The translations under genes were made by a program, and so were the position numbers. A DNA stretch of 50,139 nucleotides from Candidatus Bipolaricaulota bacterium (GTDB taxonomy: Bacteria > Bipolaricaulota > Bipolaricaulia > UBA7950 > UBA9294): the NCBI GenBank assembly GCA_030603215.1, contig JAUVYF010000002.1, forward strand, positions 1 to 50,139, read 5' to 3'. Positions 17,290-25,720 of the stretch are shown here, one piece after another (positions within the stretch are counted from its first letter, which is position 1; each line of letters begins with the position of its first letter). The notes under the pieces were generated by a model, which worked only from the letters and a program-made list of their open reading frames with translations, searched no databases and had not been told where the DNA came from.

Positions 17290-18471
17290 TCAGCGCTCCA
17301 CCAATTTCATGCGGCGATTGTAGTAGTTCATTAACAGGCTGGTCAGTAGACTCATTGTCAGGTAGCTGGCCATGATCAACAGGATCATCTCGACGGCGCG
17401 ACCGGTCTGATTGAAGATGGTCGTTCCCACGTTCATCAAATCGTAATATCCAATGAGGATTGCCAGACTGGAGTTCTTGGTCAAGTTGAGGTATTGACTA
17501 GCCAAAGGCGGGATGATAACTCGCAGCGCCTGGGGCAGTACTACCAGGCGAAGAACGTGTGCCTTTTTCAATCCCACTGCCCTGGCTGCCTCGGTTTGTC
17601 CTCTGCTTACTGCGAGAATCCCTGCCCGCACGATCTCGGCGATGAATGCCCCGGTGTATACCGATAGGCCAACCAACAGTGAGGTGAATGACGTAGATAA
17701 CCAGAGCCCTCCTTCGAAGTTGAAGCGCTTCAAAACGGGAATGGTCAGAGCCAACGGGTTGCCGGGGGTGAGAAACCACCCTGCACCCAAAATCAGGATG
17801 AGGATCGTTCCTGCCCATATAATGGGAAAGCCTGGGCGTTCTGCGCGTTTAAGCTGAATGCGCCGGAATACGTACACAGCTATTGCCACAACCAAGCCAC
17901 CGATGATGTACCACGCCCACGTGCCAAATGACTCCGCAGGTGTAATCCAGGGCAAGTACACCCCACGACGGGTGAGGTAGATTGATCCGGGTAGCCCGAT
18001 GCTGTTCTTGACCATTGGTAGTGCAGTTAGCATCACCGCAAAGTACCAGAAGAACAATTGCACAAGCAAGGGGATGTTACGTACTACCTCTACGTACAGG
18101 CCGGCTAGCTTTTTTACAAGCCAGTTACTGGAGAGACGGGCGATACCGACAACTGTTCCGATGATCGTTGTCAACACGATTCCGATCAGAGAGATCCGAA
18201 TTGTATTGACTATGCCAACCCAAAATGCGTACCCATGGACATCAGTCGGATTATACCGTAAGCCCTCCGAAATGGGAAAGCCAGCCGTATTCTTAAGGAA
18301 ATTGAAACTGATTCTCAAACCGCATGCCCTAAGGTTGACCTGTAAATTATTGAGCAACCACAATATTCCGGCAGCGATAATCACAAGAAATAGAACCTGG
18401 CCTATTACACGCAAAACTCGAACATCGCGCCAAAAGGGGACCGAATGTGAGGAAGATACCTTGTTACTCAA
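17290..18471 (-). CDS. aapQ: Amino-acid ABC transporter permease (AapQ-like, long form)
   Basis: 393 aa, multi-span, with VEVVRNIPLLVQLFF and TEAARAVGLK motifs. The gene order J-Q-M-P matches general L-amino-acid transporters. Confidence 0.8.
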   Translation of the reverse strand: MSNKVSSSHSVPFWRDVRVLRVIGQVLFLVIIAAGILWLLNNLQVNLRACGLRISFNFLKNTAGFPISEGLRYNPTDVHGYAFWVGIVNTIRISLIGIVLTTIIGTVVGIARLSSNWLVKKLAGLYVEVVRNIPLLVQLFFWYFAVMLTALPMVKNSIGLPGSIYLTRRGVYLPWITPAESFGTWAWYIIGGLVVAIAVYVFRRIQLKRAERPGFPIIWAGTILILILGAGWFLTPGNPLALTIPVLKRFNFEGGLWLSTSFTSLLVGLSVYTGAFIAEIVRAGILAVSRGQTEAARAVGLKKAHVLRLVVLPQALRVIIPPLASQYLNLTKNSSLAILIGYYDLMNVGTTIFNQTGRAVEMILLIMASYLTMSLLTSLLMNYYNRRMKLVER

Positions 18472-18545
18472 CAGTTACTCTTTCCCTGTACAAGGAATAG
18501 AGTACAGCCTGCTTGGAAACAGGCTGTACTCATCGGTTGAAAACT

Positions 18546-19556
18546 CTATCGCCACGCGGGGCAGTAAATCAGCCCACCCTGTGTCCAAAGCGCGTTAAGC
18601 GATCCGGCTCGTGGAATGTCAAGACCATTGGGGCCCAGGTGACGCTCGTAGATCTCGCCATAGTTACCGACCGCTGAGATAACGTTTACCGCCCAGTCCT
18701 CGGCCAAGCCCAACTTTGCACCCATTCCGCCTTCAAGTCCGAGGAAACGTCGGATCTCAGGGTTGGTGCTGTCAAACGTAGCCGCGTTGGCCTGCGTAAT
18801 ACCATACTCCTCAGCGAAGAACGTAGCGAATACAGTCCACTTGACGATGTCAAACCACTCATCATCGCCATGGCGGACTAGCGGTCCCAAAGGCTCCTTA
18901 GAGATCGTATCAGGGAGAATTATGTGATCGCCCGGAATAGCGGCAGTGGTTCGCAGTGACGCCAGCTGAGATTTGTCGCTAGTGTAGCAGTCACAACCAG
19001 CAACGTCGTACGCGCCGAAAGACGCTTCTGTATCGGCAAATACCTGCGTAATTAACGCCAACTCGTGCAGGCGAAATGCATCGGCCAGGTTGCCCTCTGT
19101 GGTCGTGCCCGAGGTCACACAGACTGTGGCTCCGTCCATATCATCAATCGAGTTGATGTCATCAGCCTTGCGGACGATGAATCCCTGTCCATCGTAGAAC
19201 GTTGTTGGGCAAAAATCTAGCCCCAGGTCTTTGGAATCGCGGGTAAGCGTCCAAGTAGTGTTGCGGAGTAGCACGTCGATCTGACCTGTTTGCAGGGCAG
19301 TTAAACGTTCTCCTGCAGTCAATGGAATAAATTCAACATCTACGCCGATAGCCGCAGCGATTGCTCTGCCGTAGTCGACATCAAATCCAGCGTATTCACC
19401 AGTGGCCGTATCCAAGGCGCCAAAACCCGGGAGAACAGCGTTAACGCCCACAATTAACTTTCCTCGTGCAAGCACGGTTTCCAAAGTTTGCTGTCCGACC
19501 ACACAAATGGAAACAACCAACATCAACAGACAAGCTACAACAACTATCCTCTTCAA
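18546..19556 (-). CDS. aapJ: Amino-acid ABC transporter substrate-binding protein (AapJ-like)
   Basis: TTG at 19556 lies 5 nt after AAGGAGG and gives MKRIVVVACLLMLVVSICVV, a signal peptide. The protein has an SBP family-3-like body. The track start at 19583 is an extension. Confidence 0.8.
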   Translation of the reverse strand: MKRIVVVACLLMLVVSICVVGQQTLETVLARGKLIVGVNAVLPGFGALDTATGEYAGFDVDYGRAIAAAIGVDVEFIPLTAGERLTALQTGQIDVLLRNTTWTLTRDSKDLGLDFCPTTFYDGQGFIVRKADDINSIDDMDGATVCVTSGTTTEGNLADAFRLHELALITQVFADTEASFGAYDVAGCDCYTSDKSQLASLRTTAAIPGDHIILPDTISKEPLGPLVRHGDDEWFDIVKWTVFATFFAEEYGITQANAATFDSTNPEIRRFLGLEGGMGAKLGLAEDWAVNVISAVGNYGEIYERHLGPNGLDIPRAGSLNALWTQGGLIYCPAWR

Positions 19557-19666
19557 AACTACCTCCTTATGGACTCTGAGCAAATGCTGCAGACAACGCG
19601 ACTTGATGAACTAGAAACTACTACTATCACCTCCCTTTCCTTTGAGTATGGACATAACCTAATGGC

Positions 19667-19680
19667 TTTTTTTGGGGGGG
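19667..19680. repeat. Abutting homopolymers T7 and G7
   Basis: tttttttggggggg read directly from the sequence. It lies about 110-125 nt upstream of the aapJ start on the opposite strand. Confidence 0.9.
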
Positions 19681-20120
19681 ATATGCTTTCCGCACACGCC
19701 TTCTCGAGTCTTCTTGATAACCATATACACCGCCTAGTCCTGCTTCAGAGGGCTATGACAACTACCACTGCTAGGCATTCTTGGATGGAGAATACCTTCC
19801 TACCATAGCAAGAAGCGACGAGGAAGTCAATACTGATTCTCACCCTTCTAAATCCCAGGGACACACCCTGCTCGTTCGTCTTTGCCACAGGTTTCGTTTC
19901 CTTAATATTCAGCTGGTGACGCACTCTGTCGCTTCTACGAGGCAACTGTTGCCACATGGACAGCCGATTGGTTATTCAAGGAGCACAGACCACAATCTAA
20001 ATGTAGGGCTGCGAATCTGTAATGCTCACAGGAATAGGACAGCCTCTTCGGGCTTGGTACGTTAGAAAAGAGTATGCTATTATGAGAATAGTAGTTAGCA
20101 GATTGTCAACGCAAGAGGAT

Positions 20121-20258
20121 ATGGCCATGGTAATGAGCAAGACAACATCGAAGGGTCAGACAACTACCCCCGAAAGAGATCTGCATCGTTTCGGGCTCAA
20201 AGCCGGAGCTTGGGTGGCATTCATCTAGAGAGGGGATAAGGCAATTACGAATGGCTGA
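20121..20258 (+). pseudogene. SpoVT/AbrB-type (MazE/VapB-like) antitoxin remnant interrupted by an in-frame TAG
   Basis: MAMVMSKTTSKGQTTTPERDLHRFGLKAGAWVAFI-TAG-RGDKAITNG resembles the swapped-hairpin motif kGQvtIPkeiR..lGLk.Gd.V.f...GDKiil. No toxin ORF follows. Confidence 0.3.
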
Positions 20259-20322
20259 AAAGGAATAGAGGTATTAGTCTCTGGTGCTCTGCGCTGAAGC
20301 CGGGTATAGCAAGGAGGAAAGA

Positions 20323-21138
20323 ATGAACAAGAGGTTGAAGGTCGCATTTCTTGCTGCGTTGCTAATGGGCAGCACATATTTCTTTGGAAGTATTTGCGGA
20401 CAGTTTGGTCACACCTACGAGTTGATACTCTCACCCTCATGGGACCTCTTGTACCTGTTTTTGTGGTTTCTGCTGGCTCTGTGTCTAGTGATGGTCACCG
20501 CCGGCCTCGTTGCAGCCCTGGTGCAGCCTGTATGGATTGCGTTAACAACCTTTGCTGCGTCCGGGCTTGTCATGCTAGCAGGCTGGCAGTTGACAATGGT
20601 CAGCGCGATTGTGATCGCAGTGTATGTTCTGGCTGCGTTCTCCTATTCTTGGAGCGTATCCAGGGAGCTCGCCAACAGGATCAAGTTCTCAGCTGAGTCG
20701 CTTAGGGTAGGTCAGGCCACGCTGATGATAGCCTTGATCATAGCGGCTTGCGGGTCCTTGTATCTTGGGTGCGCGGCACACATTGAAAGGGAAGGTTTCT
20801 CGATGCCAGAGTACTACGAAGGGATCATCATGGAGCAAGTGGAAAAGCAGATCGAGGCTCGGGCACCAGCAGAAGAACGCGAAAGGATGGTGTCGGAGTT
20901 CAGAGAGGAGTTTCCGGGTGCCGTGGAGGAGTTCATTGACGACACTTTGAGCCCATATGAAAAGTTCATTCCCTTGGGTATTGCAGTGGGTCCCTTCATG
21001 TCGCTGGTGACCGTCACCCGCTTGCTGGCGTGGCTACCGATTCTAGTATTAAGGCTCGTTTTCTCCTTGCTTACAGCTCTCCGCCTAACAGAGATGGTAA
21101 GTGAGACACGCCAAGTGCAGCGGTTAGTCATCAAGTGA
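20323..21138 (+). CDS. Hypothetical multi-pass membrane protein
   Basis: ATG at 20323 follows AAGGAGGA. There are several hydrophobic spans plus a charged soluble loop (EQVEKQIEARAPAEERERMVSEFREEF). No family was recognised. Confidence 0.5.
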   Translation: MNKRLKVAFLAALLMGSTYFFGSICGQFGHTYELILSPSWDLLYLFLWFLLALCLVMVTAGLVAALVQPVWIALTTFAASGLVMLAGWQLTMVSAIVIAVYVLAAFSYSWSVSRELANRIKFSAESLRVGQATLMIALIIAACGSLYLGCAAHIEREGFSMPEYYEGIIMEQVEKQIEARAPAEERERMVSEFREEFPGAVEEFIDDTLSPYEKFIPLGIAVGPFMSLVTVTRLLAWLPILVLRLVFSLLTALRLTEMVSETRQVQRLVIK

Positions 21139-21308
21139 TGCGTGTACTGATCATGTCTGCGAAAGAAAGCTGCTCGTAATGGTCAAAAACTGCAACAACT
21201 GCCTGTTCGTGGGGGTTGGAAACGCCACAACACCTGGACTTACTGCATGGGGCAGGGGAGGAAGTTAGCAAAAGAGGGACTAGTCAAGGACAGCTACGTA
21301 CGAATCAC

Positions 21309-23411
21309 TTACTTTTCCAGTCTTATCAGTATGTCAACCGCGGCTGTCCGCTCGCCGGCAATAAACGGGTTCAGATCAATCTCACCGATCATAGGAAAAT
21401 CAAGTCCGAGTCTTCCCAGACGATGTAGAGTTGATATGAGCGGAAGAAGATCAATTGGAGGCTGACCGCGAAAGGCCTCGAGGAGAGGAAAGGCATGAAT
21501 TGAGCGAATCATCCGCTCAGCATCGCTGCTTGAAAGCGGGGCAACTCCGAATGACACGTCTTTCAGCGCCTCGACGAGCGTCCCTCCAATCCCAAACATC
21601 AGCACAGGACCGAAAGAAAGATCGCGATTCAACCCGAATATCAGTTCGCGGCCGGATAGGCTTGGCTGCAGGAGGATCTTTCCATCACGCAAATTTTCGC
21701 GCGCTATCAGGTCACTCAGTCGTTCGATAGCGTGCCTGAGCTGCTCTCGATTCGCTATCTCGGTGATCACTGCCCCTTGCTCAAAGCGATGAAAGAGCGC
21801 GGGAGCATCGACCTTGGCAACGAGAGGAAACCTCGATTCATGAGCAAAAGCAAGAGCTTCTTCCATATACTCGATATAAGCAAAAGGACAGACCGCAATC
21901 CCGTAGGCAGAGAGGACCTCCGCCCCTTCTGCGAAGGTAAGTGACGATCGCTCTTTCGCGCGGACGCCATCGATCACACGTCTTGCACGTTTGTAGTCGA
22001 TTTCGATATCCGGGGCTTTCTGTGGTAATTCGTGGGTACGTCGCAGTTCCCCTACCCGGCAAAGGGAGGCGAGGGCGTCAGCTGCGGTCTCAGGCATAGT
22101 GTAGACAGGGATTCTGTTATTGTGCAGCAGTTCTCGAAAACCGGCGATGTTTGGGCTCCTGCTAAGGGTGCAAACGAAAACTGGCTTACCCGGATTCTCC
22201 TTGACTACACGGAGAATTGACAACGCGACAACCTCTGGAGCCTCTCTAGATACAAGCGGGGGGCGAAAGATGACGATAGCTGAATCGACAACGGGAAGAG
22301 CAATGCGCAGGGTTCTTTCGTAGTCCGAAGAATCGGCCGTAGCAATCATGTCGATTGGGTTTACCAATCCAGCCTCAGGCGGGAGAAAGGAGGCGAGTTC
22401 GTTTCTAATCTTGCGTGGAAGCGGTGCCACGTCAACCCGCATCCGCTCACAAGCATCTGCTGTGATGATTCCTGCCCCACCGGCGTTCGTAAGGATTACC
22501 GTCCTGTTCCCGTTTGGGACCGCGTTCCACCTGACAGCGCCAAGTACCGTAAGCGTTTCCTTGATCGAGGCCACGCGGATCGCGCCGCTTTGCGCCAGAA
22601 AGGAATCTACTATTTTATCTGCGGTGGCGAGTGATCCAGTATGTGAAGCTACTGCTGCCTGCCCCGCCTCTGTTCGCCCGGCCTTCAGCACAACAATTGG
22701 TTTCGTCCTACCGATCCGCCCCACAAGTTCGCGAAACCCCTCCGGGTCGGCAAAGCTCTCCAAGTAGAGAAAGATTAATTGGATCCGCTCATCATCGGCG
22801 AAGTGAGCGAGCAAGTCGTTCTCTGATAGCCCAACGCGATTGCCCAGGTTGACAAACAGGGAAACCCCCAGATTCATTCCCTCGAAGAACTCGAGAATTG
22901 TCTCCCCCACAGACCCACTCTGAGAAACGAATGCTATCTCTCCGTCTGTTGGGAACCAAGAGGAGAAGGAGGCATTCAACGATACCTCCGGAAGACTGTT
23001 GATGATCCCCATGCAGTTGGGGCCAACAACGTTAAAGGAGTAATGCTCGACAAGCTTGGCCAGCTCTTTCTCTCGCTCTATTCCCTGCTTCCCGCTTTCC
23101 TTAAATCCTGAGGTAATAATCACCAGGTTTATGATCCCCATATCCCCACACTGTTTGACAACCTCAAGGACAAGATCCTTATTGATGGCGAGGATGGCAA
23201 GATCAACTTTCCTAGGGAGATCATCGACGGATGCATAGCAGGGGAGGCCTTCAACCGTGTCATGCTTCGGGTTCACCGGGTAGACGATCCCGTGGTAGCC
23301 ACAACGTAGGATATTTCGAAGGATCTCACCCGCAACCGATCCCGGACGCGAGCTTGCCCCCACCACAACGACAGAACGAGGCGACAGAAGCCGTGAAAGA
23401 TCTCTTGACAT
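21309..23411 (-). CDS. ADP-forming acetyl/acyl-CoA synthetase, fused alpha-beta form (NDP-forming acyl-CoA synthetase)
   Basis: ATG at 23411 follows GGAGAG. The CoA-binding N-terminus is SVVVVGASSRPGSVAG. SHTGSLA is the phospho-histidine loop. The C-terminal half is ATP-grasp-like. The protein is about 700 aa. Confidence 0.8.
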   Translation of the reverse strand: MSRDLSRLLSPRSVVVVGASSRPGSVAGEILRNILRCGYHGIVYPVNPKHDTVEGLPCYASVDDLPRKVDLAILAINKDLVLEVVKQCGDMGIINLVIITSGFKESGKQGIEREKELAKLVEHYSFNVVGPNCMGIINSLPEVSLNASFSSWFPTDGEIAFVSQSGSVGETILEFFEGMNLGVSLFVNLGNRVGLSENDLLAHFADDERIQLIFLYLESFADPEGFRELVGRIGRTKPIVVLKAGRTEAGQAAVASHTGSLATADKIVDSFLAQSGAIRVASIKETLTVLGAVRWNAVPNGNRTVILTNAGGAGIITADACERMRVDVAPLPRKIRNELASFLPPEAGLVNPIDMIATADSSDYERTLRIALPVVDSAIVIFRPPLVSREAPEVVALSILRVVKENPGKPVFVCTLSRSPNIAGFRELLHNNRIPVYTMPETAADALASLCRVGELRRTHELPQKAPDIEIDYKRARRVIDGVRAKERSSLTFAEGAEVLSAYGIAVCPFAYIEYMEEALAFAHESRFPLVAKVDAPALFHRFEQGAVITEIANREQLRHAIERLSDLIARENLRDGKILLQPSLSGRELIFGLNRDLSFGPVLMFGIGGTLVEALKDVSFGVAPLSSSDAERMIRSIHAFPLLEAFRGQPPIDLLPLISTLHRLGRLGLDFPMIGEIDLNPFIAGERTAAVDILIRLEK

Positions 23412-23906
23412 TGTGTCCACTCTCCAGCCGATAAGCCAAATACAAACAACAAGCGGAGATTCATCGTGTAGGGAACTGTTCCTGCTCACGCAGATCTCCC
23501 GATCAGCTGCGGGAAAAGATACGGGCAAACGAAAGTCTAACGTTCCATGTTGGAACATGCAACGTACCTTCCTCGTCCTTTGCGGGATTCACTCGCTTAA
23601 CCAGCGGAGAGGCCAACAGACGGTGATCGATATAGATCCTCCCTAGAATTCGACCATCTACGTAGTTGCTTGTGTCTCATACAAAAGGCGTTTCTCGAAC
23701 CACCAACACCGTGTTTGTCCTGTAAAGGCATACGTCTGTTCGCAAGCCTTCTCGGTCTTGGGGTCGGATGGCTCTACGCCTGCTTCGGCTCTCCAGTTGG
23801 CGACTGGCCGCGTAGTATCGTTCACTCCAGCACTCCTGGTTTGCAGGCACTGTTACGATTGTACAGAAGCCTGCGTGGATCGTGAATAAGGAAAAGAGAG
23901 GATCTT

Positions 23907-24704
23907 GTGCTTGAGACCTGTGAAATCGAGGCAGATTCTCTTAAAATAGGTGCTGCTATGTCCATTAATGGTGGATCAACAGGTGATAGAGGGGGGTTCT
24001 TGGCCCACGTTTTCCCTTCTCTTACCTCCAAGGAAATCGAGACTCTGCAAGAGATATCCCTGGGAGTGCACTATGATGCTGGGGAACTTATTGCCCAGGA
24101 GGGAGCCTATGCCGCAGGGGTGTATATTATTCAGGATGGGCTTGTTTCTATCGGGAAATACGCGAGCAAAGGATGGGAAAAGCGTATCTTTAGATTCCTT
24201 GCCCCAGGCGAAATATTTGGCCTGGAAGTAACTTTCCTCGAGCGGGACCCGGTAAATGTTCAGTTCGCCAAGGCGATTGTTGAATCCTCTTTGGTTTTCT
24301 TTGAACGGTCTAATATTCTTGCATATAGCAGGAAGCACCCTCGGCTGTTTGCGGACCTCTGTCGGTGGTTATCCCGCGAGGTGATCATGCTTGAGTTCAA
24401 GCTTACGCGAGAGGCAGTGGAATCGATTGATCGTAATCTAGCTTTACTGCTTCTTGCCTTGGCCAACAAGTACGGAAAGAAAAACGGAAGGACTGTCTTA
24501 CTTGATCCCCCTGTTACGCGCCAAACACTAGCTGAGATGATCGGTGTGTCGATCGAGACGCTGATGCGCGTCCTCAAGCGATTCCGTACACGAGGGCTGA
24601 TAAAGACTGCACAAAGCCGGATTACGATCATCGATATGGACAGCCTAGTGGAGCGTGCCCGAATCAGCTCGTTCTACCTCTCTATTATAGAAGAAACCCT
24701 GTAA
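23907..24704 (+). CDS. Crp/Fnr-family transcriptional regulator
   Basis: It has a cNMP-binding-like beta-roll (GELIAQEGAYAAGVYIIQDGLVSI) and a C-terminal HTH (TRQTLAEMIGVSIETLMRVLKRF). The start is uncertain, either GTG 23907 or ATG 23958. Confidence 0.75.
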   Translation: MLETCEIEADSLKIGAAMSINGGSTGDRGGFLAHVFPSLTSKEIETLQEISLGVHYDAGELIAQEGAYAAGVYIIQDGLVSIGKYASKGWEKRIFRFLAPGEIFGLEVTFLERDPVNVQFAKAIVESSLVFFERSNILAYSRKHPRLFADLCRWLSREVIMLEFKLTREAVESIDRNLALLLLALANKYGKKNGRTVLLDPPVTRQTLAEMIGVSIETLMRVLKRFRTRGLIKTAQSRITIIDMDSLVERARISSFYLSIIEETL

Positions 24705-24725
24705 CGAAAGGGACTTTATCTTCGT

Positions 24726-25391
24726 TTAGCTAAGAGGAGATGCCTCTGGGAGGAGGGCAAGCCGTTCCCCTAGCAGGGAGACCCAAGTAACCGAGGCGAT
24801 GATACGGGATAGCTTAGTATTTGAGATTCCTAGTAGTTGTGCTAGGACCGCTTCGGTGATCTCTGTTGGAAGAAGGATCAACCCCTTCTCCGAGTATTCC
24901 CCGTGTTTTTGTCCTAGTTCAAGGAGGAGTTGGTACATCCGCTCCGCGTGCGCCTTGTGATCCTTAGAGTAGCTCCGCCGTTTTATGGAGTAGAGACGTT
25001 GTGCTAAGCAATCTATGCAGTAATCCTTAACTATGGTCTGTTCTTGCGCCATCTTGAAGAAGCTTTCCTTTTCAAAGAAGCAAAGCTCTGTTTCGGTAAT
25101 TGCACGGGCACGGCTTACGTGCAGATTATCGGATCCCTGTAGCAAGATTTCCAAGCCAATGAGCTCACCCGGTCCAAGGATCTCTGATGTGGAGAGGTGG
25201 CGATTCTTGTTCTGTACCGTACACCGGTCACTGACAAACCCCCTTGTAATAAGGTACACTCCGGCAGCGTAAGCGCCAACTTGGTAGATGAGTTCGCCTT
25301 CTGGGTAACGGACGTGGAGAGGAGCATAGCTATCAATGAGCTGCTTCCAGTCGGCTTTCTGTCTTTCATTTTTCTGAATTACGTTTTTCAT
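24726..25391 (-). CDS. Crp/Fnr-family transcriptional regulator (paralogue of 23907-24704)
   Basis: GELIYQVGAYAAGVYLITRGFVS is nearly the same effector-domain motif as in the neighbour. The HTH is TEAVLAQLLGISNTKLSRII. Confidence 0.7.
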   Translation of the reverse strand: MKNVIQKNERQKADWKQLIDSYAPLHVRYPEGELIYQVGAYAAGVYLITRGFVSDRCTVQNKNRHLSTSEILGPGELIGLEILLQGSDNLHVSRARAITETELCFFEKESFFKMAQEQTIVKDYCIDCLAQRLYSIKRRSYSKDHKAHAERMYQLLLELGQKHGEYSEKGLILLPTEITEAVLAQLLGISNTKLSRIIASVTWVSLLGERLALLPEASPLS

Positions 25392-25559
25392 CGCTCGAAT
25401 TACTAAAGACTACACTCATCCTCCGTCGCAGCCAATGTGAGACGACAGGAAACTACATGGCATCTGTGAGGGATAAGTATACCTATCAAGCTAGTATAAG
25501 TATGGCGAATGACATGATACACGCAGCTATCTGAACATGACTGGAGGCCTTTATCATGC

Positions 25560-25575
25560 TTGTCACCTTGGACAA
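25560..25575. promoter_or_regulatory. Palindrome TTGTC-N6-GACAA in the crp-gdh divergent region (candidate operator)
   Basis: A perfect 5+5 inverted repeat read directly from the sequence. It lies about 145 nt upstream of the gdh ATG. A TGTGA-N6-TCATT element lies at 25603-25618. Confidence 0.2.
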
Positions 25576-25720
25576 CGACTAACTATCTTGCCGGGTTTGG
25601 GATGTGAATGATGTCATTTCTTATGGCTATAGGGCTGCAAAAATGAACTTGTACCACTGTCGTTTAGCCTAGTCTTGGCATGAAAGGGAACCTATGCTTT
25701 CTCGTTGGAGGTAAAGCCTT

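Noticed and set aside
25680-25710. Sigma54-type promoter upstream of gdh (TTGGCAT...)
   Set aside because: Only the -24 GG element is approximated. The -12 TTGC element at the required spacing is absent.
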